From the IMG/VR virus record IMGVR_UViG_3300025467_000009, positions 68,936 to 132,935 of that record: 64,000 nt of DNA, one strand, 5' to 3'. The position numbers and the translations under genes were made by a program. The notes beneath the pieces are model-generated. The model saw only the letters and a program-made list of their open reading frames with translations. It did not search any database and was not told the DNA's origin. Each line of letters opens with the position of its first letter. Position 1 is the first letter of the stretch. This document shows positions 29,244 through 38,893 of the stretch, piece after piece. Source of the DNA: a virus.

Positions 29244-29917
29244 TGACACCGAATGTACACTATACCAAAACAGGTATCTTAATAGAAGAAAGTAAGGAAA
29301 TGAAGATTAAAAAGTCAAACCCACAAATATTGAATGAAAGTGATAGAGAAGCTTATGGTTTCCAAGTTGCTAAAGAAAATGTTAGAGGGTTGCTTAGTTA
29401 CATGGGAGAAGATGTAAGCCGTGAAGGTTTGCTTGACACACCACGTAGAGTTGTAGAGATGTATGAGGAATTAACAAGCGGGTATGTAATGGACCCAATT
29501 GCAATTATTGAGAAAGCAGTTTTTCATGAGCAAACAAAAGAAATGGTTATTGTCAAGAACATTCCGTTTTATAGTCTATGTGAGCATCATCTTGCTCCTT
29601 TCTTTGGTACTGCTACTATCGGTTATCTTCCTAACAACGGCCGTATTGTTGGCTTGTCTAAACTCGCTCGTGTATTGGATGCTTACGCTCGTAGGCTTCA
29701 GGTCCAAGAACGACTCGGAGCACAAGTCGCAGATGCGTTCTATAAATCCTCTCTCAAACCGGAGGGTGTAGGAGTTCACATTGAAGCAGAACACCTTTGC
29801 ATGGCAATGCGTGGTGTACAAAAGCCAGGTACCAGTACAACTACAGTTAGTATTCGTGGAATTTTTGAGTCAGACAAGGCAGTGAAAGACGAATGGACAC
29901 GACTAGCCCTTTCGTAG
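29240..29917 (+). CDS. folE: GTP cyclohydrolase I FolE
   Basis: REGLLDTPRRV, SLCEHHLAPFFG, GLSKLAR, RLQVQERL, HLCMAMRG. Confidence 0.97.
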   Translation: MMTPNVHYTKTGILIEESKEMKIKKSNPQILNESDREAYGFQVAKENVRGLLSYMGEDVSREGLLDTPRRVVEMYEELTSGYVMDPIAIIEKAVFHEQTKEMVIVKNIPFYSLCEHHLAPFFGTATIGYLPNNGRIVGLSKLARVLDAYARRLQVQERLGAQVADAFYKSSLKPEGVGVHIEAEHLCMAMRGVQKPGTSTTTVSIRGIFESDKAVKDEWTRLALS

Positions 29918-30423
29918 GGGTACTAAACCCAGAAGAAGTAATCCGTAAAGGTTATATTTCAAACACAATTACAGACAGGATTCAACCAAATAGCATTGAC
30001 CTGACTGTTCAGAGTGTTTATGTAATCTCCGGACCACTGATTCTTTTTGCAGACAAAGAAACAAAGAGGCAATTACCAGAGTATAACTTAATAAAGCCTT
30101 TTCCTTATGAAGGAAGAGACATGTATTTGTTAGAACCTGGTATTCGTTATCAAGTTGAATTTAACGAAACTCTAAGTTTTGATACTTCTATTTGTGGAAT
30201 CACTCTTGTTCGTAGTACTATGGCAAAGAGTGGTTGCAGTGGTGAAAACGGTCTTTTTGACAGTGGATATCATGGTGCATGTGGAATGATGGTATCAGTG
30301 CAAACACCTTCTTATATTGAAGTTGGTTCAAGTATTGCACAGATGGTTTTCTTTTCTACAAACAGTAGTAAAGTTTATAATGGTTTCTATCAGGGATCCG
30401 AAAGCCCAATGGAGTGGAATTAA
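29893..30423 (+). CDS. Trimeric dUTPase/dCTP deaminase-fold protein
   Basis: IQPNSIDL, RSTMAKSG, GLFDSGYHG, IAQMVFF, YNGFYQG. Confidence 0.85.
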   Translation: MDTTSPFVGVLNPEEVIRKGYISNTITDRIQPNSIDLTVQSVYVISGPLILFADKETKRQLPEYNLIKPFPYEGRDMYLLEPGIRYQVEFNETLSFDTSICGITLVRSTMAKSGCSGENGLFDSGYHGACGMMVSVQTPSYIEVGSSIAQMVFFSTNSSKVYNGFYQGSESPMEWN

Positions 30424-30791
30424 TGGAAAAATTAGCACAACAGAATGATTCAATGTTTGAAAGAAATATTGCAATCATTGCCAGTAGAAAAAATCAAGTG
30501 CTTACCTATAGTGATGGTTTTGTATTTGAAGGTTTTCTTTGTGGTCTAGATGAAAATTGGGTTCAGATGTATGGTCATGAAGAAGACCAAACCGACCCTC
30601 AATCTAGGTGGAGATTTATACTTTTGGGTAAGAATAACATTTCTGGTATTATTCCTTCAGGAAAGACATTGTATGATGTTGATGCTGAAACCCGAGAGTA
30701 TGTAGAAAAGAAAATTAAGATGTTTTCTGAAGTTAGTGAGAAGTTCTTAGGAGCAAAGGAAAAGAATGACAGTAGGAGAGAAAAGTTTTGA
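30414..30791 (+). CDS. Hypothetical protein
   Basis: ORF in replication operon. Confidence 0.55.
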   Translation: MELMEKLAQQNDSMFERNIAIIASRKNQVLTYSDGFVFEGFLCGLDENWVQMYGHEEDQTDPQSRWRFILLGKNNISGIIPSGKTLYDVDAETREYVEKKIKMFSEVSEKFLGAKEKNDSRREKF

Positions 30792-31230
30792 TGAACCTGT
30801 TCGTGATTATGATAATGATAGTTATGATGAAGTCGTTATTGTAAAAGCGAATGAGAAGTCATCTCAACAAGAAATTGATTTGGTAAATGCTACACCAAAA
30901 GAGTTGTTAGTTTATTTTGCCAATAGATTTAAAGAAACACAAGGCTTTGAATACAATGTTGAGTGGGTTAAAGAAATGGCAATCTTTAAAAGTTTTAAAG
31001 AACGTTATGGTGATGATGCAGGTCCAATGATTTCACTCTTGTTTGATAAGTACAATTGTGTTATAAATGGAGACGTTATGACTGCAACTGCCTTTACTCA
31101 AGGTGCAAAGTGGATTCAAGACAAGCTTTATATTGAACTTAAGAAAGATATTATTCGGGAAAGTATGCCCGGACCGGATACAGAAGGGTTGATGCACACT
31201 AATGAGTTCCTTAAACGATTCGCTGTTTGA
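30766..31230 (+). CDS. Hypothetical protein, possible replication initiation factor
   Basis: Directly precedes helicase loader; function inferred from position only. Confidence 0.45.
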   Translation: MTVGEKSFDEPVRDYDNDSYDEVVIVKANEKSSQQEIDLVNATPKELLVYFANRFKETQGFEYNVEWVKEMAIFKSFKERYGDDAGPMISLLFDKYNCVINGDVMTATAFTQGAKWIQDKLYIELKKDIIRESMPGPDTEGLMHTNEFLKRFAV

Positions 31231-32002
31231 TTGGGAAAAAGATTACGTTAACCTAAGGTTTCAATTTCTAGATGATGGAGATGTAGAGTTCCTTTCTGCA
31301 AAAAGTCCTCAGTTTGAGAAGTTTAATAAGGTTGGTTGCCCAACTTGTTCTGACAACAGTTGTGGTGAGTGTAAAACACAACTCCAACTCTATAAGCACT
31401 ATTTAAAGGCAGGCATTGGTTTAAACTATCAAAGGTTAGGCTGGGATGATTTCCATGGTGATGATAAGGCACTTGAACTTGCTAAGATTTACCTTGGTAA
31501 GAATAAAGAGTTTGTCAAAGGTGGTATGGGCATTATGTATCACGGAACCTGGGGAACCGGTAAGACTTTGTTGACCAGTCTTATGGCAAAAGAGCTAGTA
31601 AAGTTAGGTTATAGTGTTTACTTTGCTACTTTTACTCAAATGGTAGATGAGTTTACTAGAGGTTGGGGTAGTAATGAAGACAAGGCAAGATTTGAAGCTA
31701 AAGTGGTTAAGAGTGACATTTTCTTTCTTGATGATGTTGGAAAAGAATTTAGAACAAAAAACAATTTGTCTGAAGCCACTTTTGACCATGTACTTAGACA
31801 ACGTGCTCTAGATAACAGGCCAACTTTTATTACCACAAATATGGATGAGAAGGACCTTGCAGAAGGTTATGGTAGTGCTATATTTTCTCTCTTGAAAGAG
31901 CGAATGATTGTCCATAAAATGGAAGGTAACGACTATCGTGAATTTGCTAGAGATAGAACATTAGATGAAATTGCAGACGGAACAGTTAGAAAGATTAGAT
32001 AG
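31202..32002 (+). CDS. DnaC/IstB-like helicase loader ATPase
   Basis: CPTC..C..C Zn motif, GTWGTGKT, FFLDDVGKE, PTFITTN, SLLKE, GNDYR. Confidence 0.9.
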   Translation: MSSLNDSLFDWEKDYVNLRFQFLDDGDVEFLSAKSPQFEKFNKVGCPTCSDNSCGECKTQLQLYKHYLKAGIGLNYQRLGWDDFHGDDKALELAKIYLGKNKEFVKGGMGIMYHGTWGTGKTLLTSLMAKELVKLGYSVYFATFTQMVDEFTRGWGSNEDKARFEAKVVKSDIFFLDDVGKEFRTKNNLSEATFDHVLRQRALDNRPTFITTNMDEKDLAEGYGSAIFSLLKERMIVHKMEGNDYREFARDRTLDEIADGTVRKIR

Positions 32003-33276
32003 TGGACATTGAAAAGGCCTTTGTGCCGCATTTCACAAAGTTAGAAAGCATTAAAGTAATTTGGGATAAAGGAGTAAGAGGTGAACACTTTTTTGACGAT
32101 GGTGTTCGTGAACTCTTTGAATATTCTATAGAATACTACATCAAGAGTGAGTTCAAGCAAACTATTACAAGAGAGTTCTTGGAAGAAAAGTTTTCTGACT
32201 ACTTTGTTAAGAATGAATGGCCAGACGGTGAATACCTTGTAGTTGTATTGATTGAGGAATTACTCACTAAGTATCGCAAGACAACCACTCAGAATGTCCT
32301 TTTAAAAGCAGCACATGAACTAGATACTGACCCAGAGGCCGGTATTACAATGGCACTTAATAATCTGACAAAGATTCAAAGTGACACATCAACTCGTGAA
32401 CGCATTGAAATTTACGGTGAGGGTTATGAACGCCGTACTAATGAGTATGTAGATAATCAGTTGAACAATAACAAAACTAAGCAAGGTATTTACCTTGGTT
32501 GGGATGAATTAAATAACCACACCTACGGTATTCAAAAGGGTGAACTTGCTGTAGTTGTTGGTATTCCTAATGTTGGTAAGTCATGGATTGGTTCTCACAT
32601 TGCACTTGAAGCTGCTAAGCGTAAAAACAAAGTTTACTTTGCATCACTTGAACTCCGTAAAGAACTAACTCTTATGAGACTTGACTGCCTTGCAAGTGGT
32701 GTACCTTACTCAAGATATGAACGTGGTGAATTAACACCTGCTGAGTTAAAGCGACTAAAAGAAGCAAGAGAAGAAATTATGGAATATGGTGAGTATCTAT
32801 TGATTGACTCACCAAGTCGTAAGAGTGAAAGAACAGTTCTTGAACTTTACTCTAAAGCAAAGCATTGGGGTGCAGATCTAATTGTTGGTGACCAATTGTC
32901 TTGGTTGACCAATGAGAAGAACTACGGTACAGCAAGTAACTTTCAAACATTGCAGATGGCAGAAGTAATTACAGATGTTGCTAGTATTAACCGTGAAATG
33001 GGGATGGCAAGTGTTTGGTTGGCACAGTTTAACCGTGAAGCAATGAAGGGTAAGCAAAAGCGAGGAGACCTTGGTCAAATTGGACTTTCATCACAAATTG
33101 AACAAATTGTTGACTGGGCCTTTGGTATTGGTGCAACTAAAGAAATGAAGTCACAAGAAGCACTAATCTTTGACATTATGAAAAGTCGTAGAAGTAACTT
33201 GAAGAGTTGGATGATGGGCTTTGAACTAAAGGACCGCACCAAGTTGGAGTTTGTAAGAGAGTTCGAAGACGAATAA
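32002..33276 (+). CDS. dnaB: Replicative DNA helicase DnaB-like
   Basis: GIQKGELAVVVGIPNVGKS, ASLEL, VGDQL, LAQFNRE, SSQIEQIVD, KSRR. Confidence 0.92.
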   Translation: MDIEKAFVPHFTKLESIKVIWDKGVRGEHFFDDGVRELFEYSIEYYIKSEFKQTITREFLEEKFSDYFVKNEWPDGEYLVVVLIEELLTKYRKTTTQNVLLKAAHELDTDPEAGITMALNNLTKIQSDTSTRERIEIYGEGYERRTNEYVDNQLNNNKTKQGIYLGWDELNNHTYGIQKGELAVVVGIPNVGKSWIGSHIALEAAKRKNKVYFASLELRKELTLMRLDCLASGVPYSRYERGELTPAELKRLKEAREEIMEYGEYLLIDSPSRKSERTVLELYSKAKHWGADLIVGDQLSWLTNEKNYGTASNFQTLQMAEVITDVASINREMGMASVWLAQFNREAMKGKQKRGDLGQIGLSSQIEQIVDWAFGIGATKEMKSQEALIFDIMKSRRSNLKSWMMGFELKDRTKLEFVREFEDE

Positions 33277-34277
33277 TGCAAAAGTTAAGCGATGTTTTTA
33301 GAGGACTTGATGCCGAAGGTGTACTAAGAGACCTTTTAAATGTACATGAAATTACAGAAATGGGTGATGAGTTAATCCATTCATGCAGGTTGCCTTTTGG
33401 TATGCACAAGAATGGTGATGCTAATCCAAGTGCAAGTCTTAATAAAAAAGATCTTGTCTTTAATTGTTTTACTTGTGGTGGTGGAAGTATTGTCTGGTTG
33501 GTTCAGAATGTTATGGACATTGACCGTGATAGTGCTCTTGCAGAACTAAAAAATTATGCTAGTGGCTTAAAAGTAATACCAATAGAAGAGTTTATGGATA
33601 AGTTGAATAAACTCTTTACAGATGAAGAAACAAAGAGATATGAAATACCAATTTACAATGAAAAGATTCTTAATCGCTGGACTTGCACTACTGACTACCT
33701 TACTTCTAGGGGAGTTAGTGAAGAAGTTCAAAGGCAAATGCAAACAGGATTGGATAGAGGTAGGCTGGAGTATCGTAAATCAATCACTGGGCAGGATACT
33801 GTCCATGTTAGTAGAGTAGTATTGCCTCACTTTATCAATGGGAAACTGGTTGGTTGGGTAGCAAGAAAAGTTGAGGAAATTAATGGAGTCAGTAAATATA
33901 AGAACTCTAAAGGTTTCCCAAGGCAGTATTCACTATACAACCAAGACAATGTTAAAGGTATGAAATCTATCTATGTAGTAGAAAGCCCTATGAGTGTTCT
34001 TGTACTTAAGAGTCGTGGCATTGAAAATGTAGTTGCAACCTTTGGTGCAAAGTTCTCAGAACCTCAAGTAGAATTACTAAGAAACTTTAAAGAAGTTACA
34101 GTGTTCATGGATGGGGATGCCCCAGGTAGAAGTGCTTCTGTCAATTTAATTAAGGCGCTAAGTAACTATACTAATGTAAAGGTCATTGATACTCCCGAAG
34201 GAGAAGACCCAGCAAGTCTAGATAAAATACCACCAAGTGTAGGTCACTTCATTTATGAACTTTCTAAATGTGGTTGA
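33276..34277 (+). CDS. dnaG: DNA primase (Zn finger + TOPRIM)
   Basis: C.LPFGMH...NPSAS...FNCFTCG; YL.SRG; KYKNS; VVES; FMDGDAPG; EDPA. Confidence 0.92.
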   Translation: MQKLSDVFRGLDAEGVLRDLLNVHEITEMGDELIHSCRLPFGMHKNGDANPSASLNKKDLVFNCFTCGGGSIVWLVQNVMDIDRDSALAELKNYASGLKVIPIEEFMDKLNKLFTDEETKRYEIPIYNEKILNRWTCTTDYLTSRGVSEEVQRQMQTGLDRGRLEYRKSITGQDTVHVSRVVLPHFINGKLVGWVARKVEEINGVSKYKNSKGFPRQYSLYNQDNVKGMKSIYVVESPMSVLVLKSRGIENVVATFGAKFSEPQVELLRNFKEVTVFMDGDAPGRSASVNLIKALSNYTNVKVIDTPEGEDPASLDKIPPSVGHFIYELSKCG

Positions 34278-34302
34278 TTTTTTACTAACTGGTATATAAA
34301 CT
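34274..34302 (+). promoter_or_regulatory. SigA-type promoter
   Basis: TTGATT-N17-TAAACT. Confidence 0.6.
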
Positions 34303-34355
34303 AGTAAATGTAGTAAACCAAAAAACCAAAAAAATAAACCAAAAAGGATACTAAA

Positions 34356-35171
34356 ATGGCACTAAAAAAAGGTATGGAAGCAGTCAAGGAAAGCCTCGAG
34401 CGTTCCCAGCGTAGTGCTTCTCAATCATCAACAACATACACAGAAACTAACTGGTTCTACTGGAAGGCCGGAGAGACAAAAGCAATCCGCTTCCTCACAG
34501 ATGCTAATGACATCTTTGTTGTACCAGTACACGAAAACGTTCCTGTCCATGACGGAAAGAACAAGACATTCGTTTGTCGTAAGGCTTTTGAATCTTCTTG
34601 TGAACTATGTGACAACAAAGTTTACCGCCGTGATGTAGGTTATGGTGTTGCAGTCCTTCGTGAAGAAGTTTACGAAGAAGTAAATGGTCAGAAGAAGTTG
34701 ACCGGTTACCGTGACGTAACTAGCAACTATGAGGTAGAAGAGAACGGTAAGACTGTTCTTAAGAAGAAGCCTTATGTTGGTATTGTCTCACAAGGTATGC
34801 GTAACTTCTGGAACCAGATTGCTGTTATCTCAGAAAAGTATGGTTCACTTCGTGACCGTGAAATTGAGATTATGCGCCAAGGTGCAGGTACAGACACAAC
34901 CTACATGGCATTTGCACTTGACAAGAAAGAAATCGAGAACATTGAAACTCGTTATTCTAAGTTTGTCCCAGACATTGAAGCATTCTTGAACCGTATTGGT
35001 AGTCAAGAATACTACGATGCACAACTCCGTGGTATTAAGCCTGAGTCAAAGGATGACTTCACGACAAGCACTACTTCAAACTCTACTGAAGATGAGTATG
35101 AGGACGAAGAGTACATTGAAATTGAAGAAGACACCACGGCTGACCGTTTGAAGGCAAAACTTCAAGGTTAG
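34356..35171 (+). CDS. Single-stranded DNA-binding protein (gp32-like)
   Basis: IRFL, H...C......CELC Zn site, I.RQGAGTDTTY, acidic C-terminal tail; position between primase and polymerase. Confidence 0.75.
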   Translation: MALKKGMEAVKESLERSQRSASQSSTTYTETNWFYWKAGETKAIRFLTDANDIFVVPVHENVPVHDGKNKTFVCRKAFESSCELCDNKVYRRDVGYGVAVLREEVYEEVNGQKKLTGYRDVTSNYEVEENGKTVLKKKPYVGIVSQGMRNFWNQIAVISEKYGSLRDREIEIMRQGAGTDTTYMAFALDKKEIENIETRYSKFVPDIEAFLNRIGSQEYYDAQLRGIKPESKDDFTTSTTSNSTEDEYEDEEYIEIEEDTTADRLKAKLQG

Positions 35172-35178
35172 TAAATTC

Positions 35179-35255
35179 GGAGTCCCCGATGAGGTTAGGT
35201 CCGTTGTAGTTTACTACAACAACTTGATGAGGACTTGATTTCATCGGGGGTTTCC
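35179..35255. other. Long intergenic hairpin overlapping a promoter
   Basis: CCCCGATGAGGTTAGGTCC / GGACTTGATTTCATCGGGG stem capped by GTTGTAG-TTTA-CTACAAC. Confidence 0.55.
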
Positions 35256-35263
35256 ATTATAAT
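35235..35263 (+). promoter_or_regulatory. SigA-type promoter
   Basis: TTGATT-N17-TATAAT. Confidence 0.7.
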
Positions 35264-35289
35264 TAGTGCAATACAAGTAAGGAGTAGAA

Positions 35290-35598
35290 GTGAGTACTTC
35301 TAAAAATAAAAAACTTGAAGTAGTATTAAAAGAGATTCAACAGATTCATGATACTAAGTCACAGGGTTACGGACTTCCGGGTAAACCATTTCATAACCTT
35401 GAAGAAGCAGGACGATTGGTAAATATTCCTTCTTGGGTTGCTGCTATTTCTCGTGCCGGTGATAAGATGACTAGAATTAGTTCTCATCTACACAATAATA
35501 AAATTAAAGATGAGAAGTTGCGAGACAACTTAATTGACCTTGCAACCTATTGTGCCATTGCACTTGCACTTTACGATATTGAGGAATCAGATGACTGA
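35290..35598 (+). CDS. Nucleotide modification-associated domain 1 (DUF1599-like, MazG-type all-alpha fold)
   Basis: H..KS..YG...F.N...R..DK..RI......DE.L.DNLIDLA.Y pattern. Confidence 0.7.
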   Translation: MSTSKNKKLEVVLKEIQQIHDTKSQGYGLPGKPFHNLEEAGRLVNIPSWVAAISRAGDKMTRISSHLHNNKIKDEKLRDNLIDLATYCAIALALYDIEESDD

Positions 35599-38500
35599 TA
35601 ATTTAGTCCACCTTCATGTTCACACAGAACATTCTTTCCTTGACGGTTTGAGTACAGTAGAACAATTGGTATCTCGTGTAGTTGAACTTGGCCAAACAGC
35701 AGTTGCAATTACCGACCATGGTGAAGTATCAGGTCATTACAGATTTCAGAATGAATGTGACAAGCAAGGTATTAAACCCATCTTTGGTATGGAAGGTTAC
35801 TTTTGTGATGACAGATTTGATAAATCTGGTAAGAAGGGTGAGAACTATGACCACATGACGGTCATTGCACTCAATCAAAAAGGACTAGAAAACCTTTGGG
35901 CATTAAGTAGTAGAGCGTATATTGAAGGTAGTTATTATGGTAATCCTCGCTTTGACTGGGAACTACTTAATGAGTACAAAGAAGGATTAATGATTACCGG
36001 TGGTTGCATGGGTGGTTGTGTTGGAAAGTTCCTTCATGGTACAACTCGTAATTATGAAAAAGCAGTAGAAAGAATTTCAAGACTTCAAGCAATGTTTGGT
36101 GATGATTTCTATTTAGAGTTGCACACTTACTTAAGTGATGAAAGTATTCTTTGGAACAAAAAAGTTGCAGAGATTGCAAATGACTTCTCAGTACCACTAC
36201 TTGCTGTTAGTGATGCACATTATTCTAAACCAGATGATTGGTATGCCCACGAACTAATGACCGCAGTTCAAATGGGTAAGCACATGGATGACCCAGAAAG
36301 ATTCTCATACGGTCCTAATCAACTTTGCATTTTTAGTGAAGCAGAAACTCGTGAAAGACTAAATTATCTACCAGCATCAGTTGTTGACCAAGCAATTAAG
36401 AATACAACTGTAATTGGTGAAAAGGCAAATGCAAGAATGCCAGAGGCAAAGACAATGCCTGTTTTCCTTGCAACACCTGAACAAGATGAAAGAAAACTAG
36501 AAAAGAATGTTGAAGAAGGCTTTCAACGTAAGGTTCTTCCATATATTAAAGAAGAAGAATTACCAGTTTATAGAGAACGACTTCGTTATGAAACTGAACT
36601 AATTAACAAAAAAGGTTATGCAGGTTACTTCTTAATGGTTCAAGACATTATTGTTTGGAGTAAGAATGAAGGGCACCTTGTTGGTCCTAGTCGTGGTTCT
36701 GTAGGTGGTAGTCTACTTGCTTTCTGTTTGGACATTACTGAAGTAGAACCAATTAAGGCAGACCTTTTGTTTGAACGTTTTCTTGACCCAGAACGTGACT
36801 CAATGCCTGATATTGATATTGACTTCCCTAGAGTTGAACGTCACTTAGTACGTGAGTATCTAGAAGATAAATATGGTAAGTTTAATATCTCAAGTGTAGG
36901 GACACTTAACACTTTGGGTGTAAAACAAACCCTTCGTGACCTTTGTCGTGGTTTGAATATTAGTAAAGCAGAATCTGACCAGATTTGCAATGTTGTTGAA
37001 GACCAGTGGAACAGAGAATTCATGGGTCAGGGCAATGAGTGGGATAAGATTGAAAAATACTATATCAAAGAGTTTGCTCCTTGGAAAAAGAAATATCCTA
37101 AGTTGTTTGAAATGATGCCAGAATTCCTTGACCACATTAGGCATGCATCAGCACACGCTGCTGGTGTAGTAGTGTCAAAAGAGTCATTAATTGGTAGACT
37201 TCCTCTTCGTTTTAAGAATGATGATATTAGAACACAGTTTGACAAATGGGATGTTGAAGAACTAGGTTTTGTAAAGATTGACGTTTTGGGGCTTCGTACA
37301 CTAAGTACGTTGATGGCTGCTTTTAATCTAATCAAAGAAAACCATGGTGAAGATGTTCTTCCTCACTTCTATGAATGGCAATATAGTTGGGATAAGTTTT
37401 ATGATGACCCAGCAGTATGGGGAAGTATTTGTGCCGGTCATAACATGGGTATCTTTCAACTTGAAACAAACAACCTTCAAGGACTTGTAAAGAGATTTAA
37501 TCCTAAAGACATTGAAGATCTAACAACAATGATTGCTGTATGTCGACCAGGTATTACTCGTACAACTGACCCAGAAACTGGTTTGAACCTTCTTGAACTG
37601 TACCTTCAAAAGAAGGACGGTAAGCGTAAGGTTACATATAAACACCCAAACATTGAAAAAGTCCTTGGTTCAACCTTTGGTAACTTTATTTACCAAGAAC
37701 AAATTATGCAGATGTGTGTAGAACTTGCTGGATATTCACTTGGTGAAACTGACCGTGTTCGCCGTATCATGGGTAAGCAGCAGTTAGACAAGATGAAGAA
37801 AGAAAAGGTTAACTTTGTTGCCGGATGTTTGAAGCAAGGTGTTAGTGAAGATATAGCATCTAGTGTCTTTAACGAAATGATTGCCTTCGGTACCTATGGT
37901 TATAACAAGAGTCACTCCTGGGGATATGCATTGATTTCCTACTGGTGTGCCTACTTAAAGCATTACTATCCAAAAGAGTATATGGCAGCATTGTTCCGCA
38001 CAAATCCTGAGATGACCGTTATGTACACTCGGGAATGTAGGAGAATGGGAATTCCTGTACTAGGACCAGACATCTATGAATCTGGTGCAAGGTTTACTTT
38101 GACAAAAAGTGGTTCAATTAGATATGGACTTGCAAGTGTTAAGTATGTATCTGGTGGTGCAACTGACCTTGCTAAGATTGGTCCTTTTACTAACATGGAA
38201 GATTTTGTTGCAAAAGTTCCAAGTAAAAAGATTAATAAAAGAGCAGCAATTTCAATGATTAAGTGTGGTGTCTTTGATTCCATGTGTGGTGACTCAAAGT
38301 CTGCCCTTTATCAATATTTTAAGGCTCGTAAAGACTTTAAGAACATTGACGGTCAATGTCAAGATACTTGTGAGTTTTGTCATGGTAGTATCCCTGCCTT
38401 TGATTGTTACGCTGACCTACAAGAAAAAATTCAAGATAGAGTACTTCATGAACGTGAATTACTTGGTAGTTTGATTACTGCTGACCCACTAGGTGCATAT

Positions 38501-38893
38501 AGAGATATTATTCAAGAAGAAGCAAACTATCCTGGTGAGTCAAAAATGTTTAAGGGTGAAAAGGCAATGCTTGGAGGTACCATTACTAGAGTTAAGCACC
38601 TAGTAACAAAGAGTGGTAAGAATCCTGGTTCTGCAATGTGCCAATTTTGGGTTGAGCTTCCTATTGATGAACAAATACTTGACTATGATGAATTGGACGA
38701 ATTAGAAGGAGAAGTAGAGATTAAGTCTTCCAATGATGATAGTGTCCAGATTGTTTCTTTCCCTGACTCATTTTCTAAGTTGGGTGAAAAGATTGAAGTA
38801 GGAAGCCCTGTATTAGTTCAGGTAGAAAAGATGGACGGCGGTTTAAGTCTAAGAAATATTTATAGATTAGATCTTTTGAAGGAGAGTGCATGA
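35591..38893 (+). CDS. dnaE: DNA polymerase III alpha subunit
   Basis: PHP HLHVHTEHSFLDG, AITDHG; RGSVGGSL; FERFLDPER..MPDIDIDF; HAAGVV; KIDVLGL; GIFQLE; YQEQIM; YGYNKSH; start at ATG 35591 with GAGG RBS. Confidence 0.97.
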   Translation: MTDNLVHLHVHTEHSFLDGLSTVEQLVSRVVELGQTAVAITDHGEVSGHYRFQNECDKQGIKPIFGMEGYFCDDRFDKSGKKGENYDHMTVIALNQKGLENLWALSSRAYIEGSYYGNPRFDWELLNEYKEGLMITGGCMGGCVGKFLHGTTRNYEKAVERISRLQAMFGDDFYLELHTYLSDESILWNKKVAEIANDFSVPLLAVSDAHYSKPDDWYAHELMTAVQMGKHMDDPERFSYGPNQLCIFSEAETRERLNYLPASVVDQAIKNTTVIGEKANARMPEAKTMPVFLATPEQDERKLEKNVEEGFQRKVLPYIKEEELPVYRERLRYETELINKKGYAGYFLMVQDIIVWSKNEGHLVGPSRGSVGGSLLAFCLDITEVEPIKADLLFERFLDPERDSMPDIDIDFPRVERHLVREYLEDKYGKFNISSVGTLNTLGVKQTLRDLCRGLNISKAESDQICNVVEDQWNREFMGQGNEWDKIEKYYIKEFAPWKKKYPKLFEMMPEFLDHIRHASAHAAGVVVSKESLIGRLPLRFKNDDIRTQFDKWDVEELGFVKIDVLGLRTLSTLMAAFNLIKENHGEDVLPHFYEWQYSWDKFYDDPAVWGSICAGHNMGIFQLETNNLQGLVKRFNPKDIEDLTTMIAVCRPGITRTTDPETGLNLLELYLQKKDGKRKVTYKHPNIEKVLGSTFGNFIYQEQIMQMCVELAGYSLGETDRVRRIMGKQQLDKMKKEKVNFVAGCLKQGVSEDIASSVFNEMIAFGTYGYNKSHSWGYALISYWCAYLKHYYPKEYMAALFRTNPEMTVMYTRECRRMGIPVLGPDIYESGARFTLTKSGSIRYGLASVKYVSGGATDLAKIGPFTNMEDFVAKVPSKKINKRAAISMIKCGVFDSMCGDSKSALYQYFKARKDFKNIDGQCQDTCEFCHGSIPAFDCYADLQEKIQDRVLHERELLGSLITADPLGAYRDIIQEEANYPGESKMFKGEKAMLGGTITRVKHLVTKSGKNPGSAMCQFWVELPIDEQILDYDELDELEGEVEIKSSNDDSVQIVSFPDSFSKLGEKIEVGSPVLVQVEKMDGGLSLRNIYRLDLLKESA

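Noticed and set aside
27747-29917. Folate/tetrahydrobiopterin or plain tRNA-queuosine auxiliary pathway
   Set aside because: folE with queD and queE points to CDG; no folB/folK/folP, queA or queG; the location among replication genes favours DNA modification, though a tRNA target is not strictly excluded.
35179-35255. Hammerhead ribozyme (contains TGATGAGGAC and CCGATGA)
   Set aside because: No GAAA core strand or NUH site in the required arrangement.
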